Counted from the stretch's first letter, positions 1 through 12,720 are shown. The stretch is 64,000 bases of DNA from Antechinus flavipes (GCF_016432865.1 NC_067398.1:701716001-701780000); one strand, 5' to 3'. Program-made: numbers and translations. Notes: generated by a model from the sequence alone, not told the origin.

Positions 1-584
1 GTGAAGAAATATTACCTTCTACTTTCTCTGAAATTATTAACTAGCTATTAATTTAGTTCAATCCCACTTCATCAGTCTCTTGTAGTTAGTCCTAACTGAA
101 TACCCAATATGTTGGCCCTTTCTTTACTTAGGTCATCACTGGAGTCACTACACACTCTATCTAGCTCATTCATCACTACACTGCCAATACAAAGGCAACT
201 GCTACAACCCAGACATACAGAACTGAAACAATGTTGTCCAGAAGTTCTTCTGAAAGTAAATTAAATTCCAGGGCAAAAAAGTGGATTTGCTTGCGCGCCT
301 ATATACAAAATATCTTCATTGTTTCTTGGGCTCCATTCTTACCTTATGCACATCTGGAAGGCTGTTGTAAACCCCATTTTCCTTGGTTTTTCTATATTCT
401 CCTAGAGAGGACCCTAATCTCTGACTACATTAGCCACTAAGAGAAGGTAATAAAAAGATGATCTTGCCAAGTTATAAGTCACTACACTATTTGAGCAAAT
501 AATACACTTCCTACATGGGGTGTTTTAAAAGTAAATTTTCATGGTCCATCTCACATGATCCATTCAGTCTAAACTATGTTTTTC

Positions 585-670
585 TTCAGCTCATTTTACA
601 CCTATGGAAACTGAGACAACACAGCTGCTAAGTATCTAAGGACAAATATGAACTCGGGTCTTCCTGACTC
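585..670 (-). mobile_element. MIR/CORE-SINE fragment
   Basis: cattttacacctatggaaactgag...gaactcgggtcttcctgactc matches the reverse complement of the MIR core and tRNA-like head. Confidence 0.7.
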
Positions 671-958
671 TCATACACTACACTTGACTGCCAAAGAACC
701 TGTTATGTGTAACTGAAACATGGAGATTTTGCCCTAGAAAAGGATCTACTCTGTAAAGCAATTCCTCAAACTGGAAAAAATACACTGACTTATAGAGAGG
801 ACTTCTCTTCATACTCACATACAGGCTTTAATCCTGGGCCTTGGAGAAATTTACTTGATCTTCAAGTATATTTCTTCTGTCATTCAAAAAATAGTATTTA
901 TTGAGATGACAGAACTAGAATGACAATAGGAAAGATGAACTAACCATAAAAGCTATTA

Positions 959-1020
959 CACACACACACACACTGAGAGAGAGAGAGAGAGAGAGGCACT
1001 CACTCACTCGCTCGCTCACA
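959..1020. repeat. Compound microsatellite (CA)n-(GA)n-(CACT)n-(CGCT)n
   Basis: Read directly from the sequence. Confidence 0.95.
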
Positions 1021-2662
1021 AGAAAATCAAAAGAAAGTAACTCTTAAAAACAATCATAACCATAGGGCCATTTAAATAATTAAAAATCTTTATAACCTAT
1101 TTTAGCAATGTTTATCTATATCTCAAACAGAAATACACACATACATACCCCAAAACTATGGCTATAGGGAATTCAAAGTAAAGGTATGGATTTTTTTTTT
1201 CGCCAAAACTTTTTTTTTCCCTAACTGGTTCAAACTCTTTTCTTCTGGAATTATTCTTTTGAATTTCTTTTGAAATTATTCTTTTATCATCATCTTGGCA
1301 CCATTCTAAGGCATTCCAAAAGATGTTTTGTCATTAAGGGAAAATGTTAATTCAATTTTCCTTTCAAATGGTAACTGCAACAATAATGCACAAATTTACC
1401 ATTACATGTTAATCATCTAAAGATATGAGGCTTCAACAGATATTGACTAACTTTTCTTCAATCCATGTCATGTCAGTCCCAATCTGGGCAATCTACTTAC
1501 TCAGAACAGATGTAGTATGATGAATGGCAATGATGTGAGAATCATAAAAAGGAATGTTAGACATTCTAGGTAAGTTTCCAAATTAGGGTGTGAGGTTCAT
1601 TAAGATGATGTTAAACACTGGCTAGATATCCAGAGGGAAGGGTGGTAGTTCCACACTGTAAAAAGTCTGAAAGTTCCTGGTCTACTTTCAGCATGTGACA
1701 GTTAATGTGTATCAGTTAAGCATGTCTATAGTCAAGTTCTAACTAAATAAAAATCCTCACAAAAATGGACAAGGGGCTTAAGAAGACTCACACACTTTCT
1801 ACTGAGGGGCACTCCCTTCTCAGTTTCCTCATTAATAAGATGCAAAGTATTAGACTACATGATGGATTTAGAATTGGAATTGGTAACTGCCAGCTCTGAA
1901 ACTGTGATGGTTCATATTTAGCTCAAGATTACTCACTGTTAACATTATTCTACCAAAGGAGTAGTACAAGGAGTTTAATATTAAAAGATGGCATAAGGCC
2001 ACTTGAGTTGATATAGTAAATGTATGATCTATGATTATAACTTTCCTTTGCTTAAGAGGAATTTAAGTGCTTCTGAAGAACATTAAAGAGCAAATTGATG
2101 TTTTATTATGAGCTACAAAGGTTATATACTGCATACTTTAAATGAAAGTCAAATTTAGATCAAGTGATATTCACATTTATTTTAAATGGAATGTATCAAC
2201 ATATTCAAAAGAATCACACTAATATCCAACACAAAAAGAGCTTTAAAATAAAAAGGTCCTAAGATTACTAAATGACATTACACTCTGGCTACACTTACAT
2301 ATAATAGACATTAAATCATACTTCATTAAATTATACAGGATGACTGTTTCCTTTTAAAAGGTAGATGGATTTTTTTTTCAAGCAGACTTCTAAACAAATT
2401 TTTAAAAATAGAAATTTAAATGTTTTATTTATTTTTAAATAAAAAGAAAAAAATTATGTTTTTTACTACAAAAGAATTTACCTATGATTATAAAATTCTA
2501 TTTTCTTTTGGATAAGTTGCAAAAGTATGTCCTTGTCAATAATTGGATTATTTTCTACAAGATTACCAAGATTTAAAAACAGTATATCCCAACCAATCTT
2601 TTAAGTGAATGTTATGATTCTTACAAGGTACCAAGTCAGTGGAATTGATGAGATAATGATAC

Positions 2663-3138
2663 TGTAATTTACATGTACTTAGTACTTACTATAATTCCAC
2701 AATATTCACACCTTTAAAGGAGCATATATAAGGAGGAGATCTCAGGGTCCAAGGACAGAAGCTCATTAGAAGCTGGGAGCCTCAGCCAGGGTTCAGTCCA
2801 GTAGATTCACAAGTCAGAGAGGAAAAGCCCACTCTCTGAGGTGGAGACAGATTCATTCCATTTTCCACCTTTGTGCTGGCTGGAAGATGAAGCTGGAGAG
2901 GCAAAGAACTAGCAGCAAGAGCTCTCGGAACCAAGGAGAGAGATAGGACTCTATTAAAGCTAACCAGGCCCCAGGAAAGGAGACAAGATTTGAAAGAGAA
3001 AAATAAAGGATTTGGACTTTAATCCCTAGCTGCATTTGAGGTGATTAGTATGCTGAACTGACATGAATACTGCCTCCAGAAGCCCCCCAAGAAACCTGCT
3101 CCCAGAGAAGATTATATTTTAGAGAAGAGAATATTACA
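2663..3138 (+). mobile_element. Solo ERV LTR (marsupial type)
   Basis: Begins TGTAAT and ends ATTACA (6-bp terminal inverted repeat, TG..CA). Has a TATA-like catatataagg and AATAAA at ~3002, and is more GC-rich than its flanks. No matching TSD seen. Confidence 0.75.
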
Positions 3139-3189
3139 AGTGAAGGCTATATTTCAAAAACCTAAATATAAGATTGTTTTGTTTATTCT

Positions 3190-3335
3190 GGATTTAGACT
3201 GGGAAGAAAATGTAGAGGTCATCTGATGAAAGTCTCTCACTTTGTAGATGATTAAAATGAGACCTAAAAAGGTTAAGTACTTTGCCTGAGGAGACACAGG
3301 TATTAAGTGATAGAACCAGGACTCTCACTCTAAAT
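3190..3335 (-). mobile_element. MIR/MIR3-type SINE fragment
   Basis: gaggtcatct...ctcactttgtagatga...aggttaagtactttgcc resembles the MIR core reverse complement. Confidence 0.65.
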
Positions 3336-3799
3336 TGAATATTCATTGCACGGCACACATATAACTTCTTATGTAAATTAATTTACACAAGAGAATTATT
3401 GAAAACAGAGCTATTAGAAAAAATAGAAACATTAATGCTAATGCTAATTCTTGCCAAAGTTTCAGGATAATAAGAGGTATTATAAAACTGAAGTAAACTG
3501 AATGACCCAGAGTTTAAAATCTCATTTTGTATGAGTATGTTTATATTGCTTCCAAGTGACAATCCAAAAAAAAATTTTAAAGACTTGCTATGTGATGTGT
3601 TAACTAACAAATACATTCTAAAATATTCCTTTAAAATAAAAATGTATATTTTAAATTTATTTTAAGAGATTTTTCACTCCCTAAAAGTTTTGTGAGCTAT
3701 CTGCTTCATTAAATCTCAATTTCCTTGGAATTACAGAATCTCACAGAATTTTGAAGCCTCATTAAAAGCTAGTGAGTCTCACACATAAGGAGAAAGGAA

Positions 3800-4130
3800 T
3801 CTGCTTTATAAGCACAAGCTACAAGGAGACATCCAGTCTTCGCTGCCTATCTCCTGAAGCAACCCATCCCATGTGCAAAAGTTTGGCAGGTTCTAGGAAG
3901 TTTGTGTTTATATTAAGCCTAAATTTGTCTCGTGCAGCTTTTATCTGCTGCTCCTTGCTCTGTCCTCTGGGGCCAAGAAGAACAAATCTAATACCTCCTT
4001 CTTATGACAGCCCTGTAGATTCTTGAAGACAGCTATCATGTCCCCTTAAGTCTTTTTTTCTTTCAGGCTGACAGCACAGATGCTCACATGGGATGAACCA
4101 GAAGCCTTTTTCATTAGCCTAGTCTGTATC
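3800..4130 (-). mobile_element. L3/CR1 LINE 3' fragment
   Basis: ctctggggccaagaagaacaaatctaat...atgacagccc...ttgaagacagctatcatgtcccc is characteristic antisense L3 3' sequence. Confidence 0.85.
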
Positions 4131-4639
4131 CTCTGGATTTGTTTTATTTTATGTCTTTTGGTATTTTGTACAAGACCCTATCAGAGAATCTGGCAGACAA
4201 AAGGTGCTTAATAATAACTGTTTGTTAAATGACTAGTGCTTTTCAATTTGCCAATTTTCATTTTAAAATACATAATCCTTTTCATATATATATATCTGCT
4301 TATATTCCATCCCCCAAATATTAAATTATGGAGTTAGCTAAAACACCCAGATCTCTTTCAAATGAATTGGGGTCCAGTCATTCCTCTACCATCTTTCATA
4401 GGCAGCTAATTCCATTAGTTAAAATGTAGGATTTCTAATTGAGTTTTTGTTAGATTCCATTTTATTAAGATTCATTCCTACTTTCTAGCCTGATAAGTTC
4501 TTTGTGAAACTTTTCTCTGGTAATACAAAGTAAATGATCTCTGCCAACTATCTCCCTCTCTCTTTCTACACAAACACACAAACACAAACACACACACACA
4601 CAGTTTAAAAGCATCCAACAACCAATGAAACAGCAAATC

Positions 4640-5030
4640 TATTGTATACAGCTTGCTATTCCCCTTAAATATACTTATATAGATTTACTTTTTCCCTTTC
4701 CTCCCTTGCCTTTACCCTAAAGATGACTATCATTAGATACAAATAGGTACATAAATATGTGTATATACCCAATTATTCTATACAAACATATTTATTTATG
4801 AGTTTTCTCTTTATACCGTGATTTTCTTAATATATTTATAATAGTCCAAAGGTCTTATTCACTCAATCATTCTTAAAACAATACTATTGTTACAGTACAC
4901 AATGTTCTCTTGCTTCTTCTCATTCTGTTCATTATTTCATGCAATTTGTTTCATGTTTTTCTAAGCTCAATGAGCTTATTATTTCTTATAACACAACAGT
5001 ATTCCACCATTATTACATACCAATCTTCTC
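4640..5030 (-). mobile_element. L1 3' end (older marsupial L1)
   Basis: tattgttacagtacacaatgttctc...atttcttataacacaacagtattccacc resembles an antisense L1 ORF2 end and 3' UTR. Confidence 0.7.
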
Positions 5031-5075
5031 TCTCTTAACAAGTGAACCAGCTGCTAGGGTTTCATCATTATTTTT

Positions 5076-5235
5076 TGTTGGAATCTTTACAAACTGTTAA
5101 GTCATTAGAGTTGGGATGTTTTGGGCCAGAACCTGAAACAAGGTACTAAGTAGGACTAATTGATACAATGCTTGTGTTTACACCTTTACTCATTGGAATT
5201 CACAAGTATGGGAGATTCACAAAGTTAACTGTGTA
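5076..5235 (+). mobile_element. Truncated ERV LTR fragment
   Basis: Starts tgttggaatctttacaaactgttaa...agaacctgaaacaaggtactaagtag, recalled as the 5' end of a dasyurid LTR family. The 3' end is missing. Confidence 0.55.
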
Positions 5236-6200
5236 ACTTGACTTAACTGTGCAGATGACACCCAAATCTACATTACATATCCAGTCCTGAACTGCAGGTC
5301 TGCATCATCAACTCCATATTAGACACTTCACTGAGTCATAGGACTCCGACAACTGCAGTCTAAGAGCCATATTCCACTAGCCGCCTGTTTTTGTATACTA
5401 GAGCTATGGATGCTTTTGTATCTTTAAGTACAATAAAACTTTGTTTTAAAATATAAAAACTATTTGTGGCTCCCAGTTCATAGAAAAACAGCTCCTACAT
5501 ACAGAACTTTGCAATCATCTGAACTAAAAGCATCTCAAAGTAATGATATGTAAAACAGAACTTGCTAACCTTTGCCCTAAAATCTGTCTCTTTTCCTTCC
5601 TAACTTCTTTTTACCACCATCTTTCAAGTAACTCAGGATGGAAAACTCACAACCATTCTCACCTTTCCATTCTCCTTTACACCTCATCTATTCCAAAACT
5701 TCCAAAACGGAATTCTAGTGATTCTCTTTTCAAAACATCTATCTTCTGCACCTCTTGCTCTGTACTAACAACCACAAACCAAATTCATGTCTTTGACTGA
5801 CTGCCTGGACTGATGAAATGTCCTCTTATTTGGTCTTCCTCCTGCAGGGTTCTTTGTTATCCAATCCATCTCGACATAGCTTCCAAAAATGATATTCTTT
5901 AAAGTACTGATCCCAATATGTTACTTTGCCACTCACAAAAGCCTTATTGGCTCCCTGTGTTCTTAGGATAAACCACATACTCCTCCACTAAGCACTTAAA
6001 GTTTTTCATAATGGCTTTCAAGGTCCCTACTAACTTTAATTTTCTGATGCTGTATTCAGTCTCTCTTTACATGATTTCCATTCACACACTTAAAGTTGCA
6101 ATTATTACACAGGTGGTCACCATGCCTGGAATACTATCCTTTATCTGCATCTTTTAGAATCTCTACCTCCATTAAGAACTCAAGTAAAAAGGCTCTGGGT
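5236..6200 (+). mobile_element. L2 LINE fragment interrupted by a MITE
   Basis: gcagatgacacccaaatctac (RT ADDTQIY-like), followed by L2 3' body (ccaatccatctc...ttattggctccctgtg). Confidence 0.8.
5339..5521. mobile_element. Palindromic hAT-Charlie (MER58-like) MITE
   Basis: gccgcctgtttttgta...aataaaactttgttttaaaatataaaaac...tagaaaaacag forms self-complementary arms, with decayed cagggg...cccctg-type ends. Confidence 0.7.
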
Positions 6201-6219
6201 CACGAAGCCAACAAAATAT

Positions 6220-6380
6220 AGAAGACTCCCACACTTTTGGAAAGTTCTCAAGTGTTAGGATTTTCTCATACCAGTCTTAAAATGTTTTCCTTTATAACTT
6301 GTACTCACTGTACCTGATTTTTTGTTCCTGGGCCAAATAGGACAAAACGAATCCTTCTTTCTTTTGACTTTTAAACAATT
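6220..6380 (-). mobile_element. L3/CR1 fragment
   Basis: gttaggattttctc...ctgggccaaataggacaaaacgaatcc is the same L3 segment as 3800-4130. Confidence 0.6.
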
Positions 6381-6459
6381 CTCTTGACAATTACCTGTTC
6401 AATTTATGACAGAGAGATCCACCAAATACATGAATAATTAATATCTTGCAAGTTTTAGA

Positions 6460-7010
6460 AAATGAAAGAACATTTTCCGAGTGTTTATTTTGTGCCACAG
6501 TGGTAAGCAATGGAAATACAGCATGCAATCAGGTTTAATGACATGATCAGATAACACAATATGAATGTACCTACATGGGAAATGCCAGGTGATTCTATGA
6601 GACAATATTGGCCTTGAAAGGATTTACATCCTAATATAGGGACACAAAACAGTGGTTAGTAGAGGCCACATGTAAGAGTTATGGTCTAAGAGTTTCAGGA
6701 ATGAGCTGATACAGAGAGGAAACTTTGAGCAGAAGAGATATGCAGGACAGATGGTCCAGGTGATTGGGTAAATAATATATGTGTGATTTGGTTTAAGGTG
6801 GACTAGAGGAGTGTGCACTTACATGTTAATAAATATAGCTCATCCTCAGAAACCAAGTGCTAAAGCTGAGTGGTTTTAATGCTCCCAGGAATTAGTAGGG
6901 AGCAGAGTATAATTCCCAGAGAATATAAATCCAGGTAGGAAGAAGCAATATAGCAAACAAGGTGGTAGCAAGGCAAGTGACAAGGGACAGCTGAATGGAA
7001 AGATCTATTT
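6460..7010 (-). mobile_element. Decayed L2 fragment(s)
   Basis: gagtgtttattttgtgcca (antisense L2 3' end) and ggaattagtagggagcagagtat. Confidence 0.5.
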
Positions 7011-7099
7011 GCTAAATTTCTTGAAAGCCTTTTAAAATTTTTTGTAAATGTAATCTGTAGCACCTCAGACAATTATCTACTGATCACATTGTTGTGAGA

Positions 7100-7365
7100 T
7101 CAAATTAAATTCTTGCCACTACAAAAAGGACTGCTACAAACATTTTTGCACATGAGAGTCCATGTCTGTTTTTTATGATCTCTTTGGAATACAAGTACAA
7201 GCTGAAACAAAGGGTTATTCATAGTATGATAGCCCTTTGGGCATAGTTCCAAATTGCTCTTCAAAATGGTTGGATTATTTCACAACTCCACCAACAACGC
7301 ATTAGTGTCCCAGTTTTCCCACATGCCCTTCAAAATTTATCATTATCTTTTCCTATCTTCTTATC
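7100..7365 (-). mobile_element. L1 ORF2 3' fragment
   Basis: gggcatagttccaaattgctcttcaaaatggttgga...cacaactccaccaacaacgcattagtgtcccagttttcccacat is canonical antisense marsupial L1. Confidence 0.9.
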
Positions 7366-7699
7366 TATTAAATAATTTAGAAAAGATAAGAATTTTGAGT
7401 TATATTAAAGGCAACCAAAGTATTAGATATTAAATACTCCTATCTACCAGATGACTATTTTTCTCATGTTTGAACCATGAAGAATACATGTTGAGACTAA
7501 ATTTATTCACACGATTGGCAGAATCTGATATTGGCAATGTAACAAAGGTAGCATGAAGAAACAAAGCATTCCCAATATTACCATGTTCTTAAGTACACTA
7601 TATTTCCTCCAAGGGGAGTTGAGAATACACTCAAAAACGAGTGTATTCTCTCCTCATTACCACTCTTTTCACATGGTTACTGACTTACCTATAATTTAT

Positions 7700-8240
7700 T
7701 TTATTTAAAATATTACATTTTCCACTTATATTTATACCTTTTATTTATTCTACCCAAATTAATTACCATCTTCATTAGTTTAGGTTTATAAGACATGTTT
7801 CATATTTTTTATGTTTACAATTTACAGTTTCTCTGTATGCTAGCATGATACATTTTTTGTAAATGTATCAATGAACCTAACCACATGCATACTCCCATTT
7901 CCCTTCAAAAGATACTATACATCCTTCAACTTTAAAATTTTCAGTTTGTTCAGCTCTGCATTTTCCATTTTCTGTATTTGTCCAACCCCAAAAGTAACAA
8001 TAAAATCTCCTACCACTTGATTTTATTACTTTTGATGTTATGTTACTAGGCATGTAAATGATTAATTTTGACATTGATTCATAGCAATATTGCTTTAATA
8101 TAGTCTCCTTGTTTGTGATATTGCAGACTTTGCCATCTCTTTATCTGATAGCATGATTTTTTTTTTGATCAGTTGGATGAATTAGTAAATTTTGGCCCAC
8201 CTTCTTATATTGATTCCATATATCTACTTTTTGGATGTTT
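7700..8240 (-). mobile_element. Old L1 ORF2 endonuclease-region fragment
   Basis: aaatctcctaccact...ctttatctgatagcatgatttttttttgatcagttgga resembles the antisense L1 EN region. Confidence 0.6.
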
Positions 8241-8554
8241 ACCACACTTACCTCCCAAGCAAAACACACAGAGCAGCAAAGATAATACAGATAATCTAGC
8301 AACCAATAGGAAACTAAACATCTAATATTGTTACAAATGTATAAAAATTATGAGCCAACTGTTTGGAAGGTGGGAGAAAACCTGAGGATATCTTTGAGAA
8401 AAAATACATGGATATGTTGACCTCTATTTAACGATTTCTGAAATGTCTTTTATACTTTTCTTTTAAGTTTCTTTTCTTGCCTTCAGGGCTCTGGAGCAGA
8501 AATTCACATGCCCTTTTATTTGCTGAGTCAGAGCAATGAGAACAGGAAAAAATT

Positions 8555-8655
8555 GGGGCAGCTAGGTGGCGCAGTGAAAAGAGCACCATCCCTGAAGTCA
8601 GGAAGACCTCGGTTCAAATATGAACTCAAAACACTTAACATTTCCTGGCTGGGTG
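8555..8655 (+). mobile_element. WSINE1/Mar-type tRNA-derived CORE-SINE (3' truncated)
   Basis: ggggcagctaggtggcgcagtg (A box), ggttcaaat (B box), cacttaacatttcctggctg. Confidence 0.9.
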
Positions 8656-8659
8656 AGTA

Positions 8660-9000
8660 ACATCTTGGATCTCATTATGCACCTTTTCTCCTAAATACTG
8701 TCATCTTCTGAAATGTTCTCCCTCCTTTGAGGCTGCCACCATTCTTCCAAGCATTCAGATTCTAGACCGGGCCTCTTCACACTCTCCCCCACTTACTCAA
8801 TCAGTTCTCAAGTTTTATCATGTCCTCCAATCTCCTGGAATAAGTCCTTCTATCTCCATTCACACAATGACCAGCTTGATTCAGGCCCCATCAACTCTCA
8901 CCTGGGCTATTGCAACAGCCTCTTAACAAATCTATCCCATTCTAATGGATACACCACACAGCTGTCTAACCAGGTCTCAACATTTCAAATATTATCCTCT
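8660..9000 (+). mobile_element. L2 fragment
   Basis: gccaccattcttccaag...caggccccatcaactctcacctgggctattgcaacagcctc. Confidence 0.8.
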
Positions 9001-10469
9001 TTTTAACTCATTCTTTTACACACACACATGCATGTACAGTACTATTTCCAAATGGGTAAATACATATATATTGGGGATTGATATCTTTTCTTTAATTATA
9101 TTATCTCTTTTAACCTCTCCTCCAATAAGGACACAAAATAAAAATTGGCAACCATTTGCCTAGAGATCCTAATAGAGATCACATTAAGAGATCGCATTAA
9201 GAACTAGTTTCAAATATTTATTAAAATAACAATGTGTCATTTTGTAGTTAGAGGTGCTTTTTAATCTTTTCTAATTTGTCTCAAGAATAATTTCTGTGAC
9301 TCATTTCTCAAATCAGGAAAATGAGATATAAAGTATCAATTACTTATTAAATATTGCAAACAAGTTTCTAGCAGCTGAGAAAAATCATGACATTTGTTTC
9401 TAAACCATTGGTTAGAAACCAGAAATAAAACAGTAAGATTTACTGCTACAAATATGGCCTTGTTCTTTTTTTTTCCCCTTACTACCATTATCAATGGACA
9501 GAAGAAAAACAATACTATAACAAAATACTGGCTTCTCATTTAAATTAGAAAAACACTAAAGCTTTATAAGGACAGATATATCAGAATACCAAAGAATTTT
9601 AATCAAATTCATAGTTTAGGAATCTATTCAAGTTAGACAAGTCACAAAAACATTACTCATTCCAGTGTGAGGGTGGTGCTTTCCAAATATTGAGATCAAT
9701 AAACATCTGCCTTCGGGATAAGGAGGGGGATTTTTTTTAAAAAATAAAATACATGAATGTGTATATTGCAGAATCTTTCTACAGGATGGGTAGCAGTCTT
9801 CCGGCCAGAGGCCAAATATTTCATTTCACTTATCCATGAGCAATAACTCTACATTAATTTTGATCAAAACATCCTTTCTGTTAAGGACCAAGTAGATTCA
9901 AACAACCTCCTTATTTGTAACAAATACTGTTTAAACATCCACCTGTTATCTTCAGCGATGTCCTTGGAGCCAAGTAACAGAGGCTATTCTTAATGAATGA
10001 ATTCAGTCAACTAAATTAACTTGTAATGATTCAAAAGGTAGAAAAAAAATGAAGATCTAATAACAGCCATAAAATTTGTGGATTGTCCATTATATGAATC
10101 AAATAGCAAGCTGGAAGGAAGAAAGGGAAGGAAAGGAGAGTAGACGGAGGAATGGATATTATGCTTACCAATAATTATAAACTGCATGCCAATATTAACT
10201 TGTATTAACACGGCGATTGTGGGGAGTCACTGGGAGCTGGCGAAATCAGGAAAAGCCTCAAACAGAAGGTGGCAAAAGTCAGAAAAAATATGTGCTCCCA
10301 TTGCTTCCATTTCTCCTATCATTCCTTTCTGCATAGTCAGCAGTCTGTATTCAGCCAGACTCACTCAGCAGAAACTTACCTCCAAACTTCGAAAAGACAT
10401 CTCAACAGTTAAATCTGAGGGCTTTTTCTCAGTTCTCATCTTCCTTGATGATAATGAGGAGGAGGAGAT

Positions 10470-10680
10470 CACCATTATCACTAACATTTATTTAGAGAGC
10501 ACTTACTACTTGTTAGCACTGTGCTGAGTGATTTATAAAACCTTTATCATTTGCTCCATACAACAAATCTGGGAAGTTAGTGCTACTAACCCAATCTTAT
10601 AGATGAGGAAACTGAGGCAAGAAGGGTTAAAGTGACTTCCCCAGGCTCACAAAGCTAGGAATTGTGTAAGACCACATTTG
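10470..10680 (-). mobile_element. MIR SINE
   Basis: ctaacatttatttagagagcacttac...ttatagatgaggaaactgaggcaagaagggttaaagtgacttcccc. Confidence 0.9.
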
Positions 10681-10749
10681 GTATTCTATCCATTTCGTCA
10701 CCGACCTGCCCATATCTTGTCCTTCCCACTTCCACAACATTTCTCATAT

Positions 10750-11600
10750 ATTTCAACAACAGGAACCACTGGAGGTTTTAAAATAGGAATAGCATTTCTG
10801 TGGATTATAAATTTGCCATGATGTGAAAGGCAAAATGACAGGAAGAGAGATTAGAGCCAGAGCGATCAATTAAGAAGCTATTGCAATAGTCAATCAAGCC
10901 AACAGATGACACCTGACTATTCTAGAGTAAGAATCCTGAGAGATGAAAGGAGGGAAGAGATGAGAGAAACTATTTAGATAAACTAGTCAAATGACTACCT
11001 ATAAGAAAAGGAGAGAAACAGTTAAAAATAGTTCTTAGGCTTTAAACTTTTATGAACAGGAAGATGATGGGACCATTGATTTAAAAAGGTACACTGGCAA
11101 AAACGCAAAGATGAGTTTGAGATCAAAATATATACAGACAGAGAAGTCCAATAGGTGGGTGCAAGTGGAATTGAGGAATACATTAAAAGAAATAAAAGTA
11201 TTCTGGAGTTTTGTATATAAAGGTAATTATGAAGACCATGGAAATAGATGAAAGGTATATAAATTTAAACTATTAAAAAAAAAAACTTGCCCTTTTCCTA
11301 AAAACTAGGGCAGTGCCTATACTTTTTTATTATAGATCTTCAACCACATGTAGCATGACAATCACTTGTCAGGGATATTATCAAAGATTTTTGTTCAGGT
11401 CTGGACTAGTTTAAATGGCCTCTAAGATATTGTCCAGTTTGGAGATTCTGAGATTATAAAACTGCCTAAGGAGGAAATTCAGAAAAGAGAAGAAAGCTAG
11501 GGGCCACTAGAAAAGAAGAAACCCCTACCAAGCTGTGGGAAAGAAGGTAAAAGAGACCAAGAGATATGATCAGATAGGCAACAGTATCATTATAGAAAAA
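10750..11600 (-). mobile_element. L2 fragment(s)
   Basis: ggaaccactggagg...caattaagaagctattgcaatagtc...aagagaccaagagatatgatcagatagg is antisense L2 body. Confidence 0.7.
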
Positions 11601-11604
11601 AATA

Positions 11605-11760
11605 CTGGCTGAGGAACCTGGATTCTCTGGCCAGTTCTGTCATTAACTAGTTGCATAAGCTTGGATCTTTCTGGACCCTGTTCCACTCTAAATCTCAGGG
11701 TACTCATCGATAAAAATCAGTGGGTTGAAGAAAATCCTTTCTAACTCTAGAATCCAATAA
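11605..11760 (+). mobile_element. MIR-type SINE
   Basis: gaggaacctggattct...ctcagggtactcatcgataaaa...ttctaactctagaatcc. Confidence 0.6.
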
Positions 11761-12529
11761 TTTCTGTTCCAGATTGAGGTTAAATCAATTTCAATTTTTA
11801 GTTTAACTTCCCAGTGAGGAATATTATTTTAAGATCATTCCTACAGCTTCTAAGGAAGCAGAAAATAATGCACTTCAATTATCCAAATAGATTAGAAAAG
11901 GACTTATAGTCCAGAACTAGCAAGATTTTTTTTTTATATATTCATCATTTAAAGATAGACATTATTCTTTCATTTTCAAGGTGGTACTAAGGGCAAGAAA
12001 GCTGACGCACATTGTAATCCAAATCTGAGGTCTCTAACAAAACACAGTGCCATAAAATCTTAAATGGGAAGAGACCTCAAAAAGTAACTGGTCCCACACT
12101 TCCATCCCATCAATGCAACAATTCCACTACATGTGCAAACACTGGTTTTGTAGCTTCTTTGTAAAGGGCTGATGCATTGGAGTCAGAAAACAGAGCACTT
12201 AAGACTAATTACCAATTGGACAATATTCTATTAGCATATGCTTGAAAAATGGCCCTTCCCACTATTCTGTGCTGGCTTGTTATTGGTCTATACAGAAAAT
12301 TGTAGGAGGGACTAGGGGATGGAGTAAGACTAGCCAGAGCTACTTTTAGGCAGGAGACAAAGAGGAGAGGTGTGGAGATTCCTATGTCCATTCCCTTCAC
12401 TTCTACCCCTAAAGACCAAGAATAAAGATAAAGAATTTTACTTATCCTGACTGGCTGATTCTAAGGCATACAGGGTACTAACTTGGTCTTCACACTTCTT
12501 TCTCAATATCTGCAAAGAAACGCAACCTA

Positions 12530-12720
12530 CCCCCTCCAAGATAACTTATTCTCTATTGATGAACAACTCTATTTCCTAACAATTTCTTCTTGACATTAAG
12601 TCTAAATCTGCCTCTCATAAAATTCCACTTTGTGTTTCTTTTTCTTAACTCTGATGCCAGAAAAATAAGTGCAATTCCTTTACCTTATGACAGCCCTTTA
12701 AATAACTGAAATTGTTATTT
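12530..12720 (-). mobile_element. L3/CR1 fragment
   Basis: ttgacattaagtctaaatctgcctctc...atgacagccctttaaataactgaa. Confidence 0.75.

Noticed and set aside
129-249. Minus-strand acceptor (tttactttcag|) with readings EELLDNIVSVLYVWVVAVAFVLAV* or RTSGQHCF...
   Set aside because: No recognisable protein, only weak donors, and no independent support.
12442-12509. Minus-strand exon-like ILRKKCEDQVSTLYALESASQD
   Set aside because: The donor (TAA|gtaaaa) is weak, it abuts an L3 fragment, and the peptide is unrecognised.
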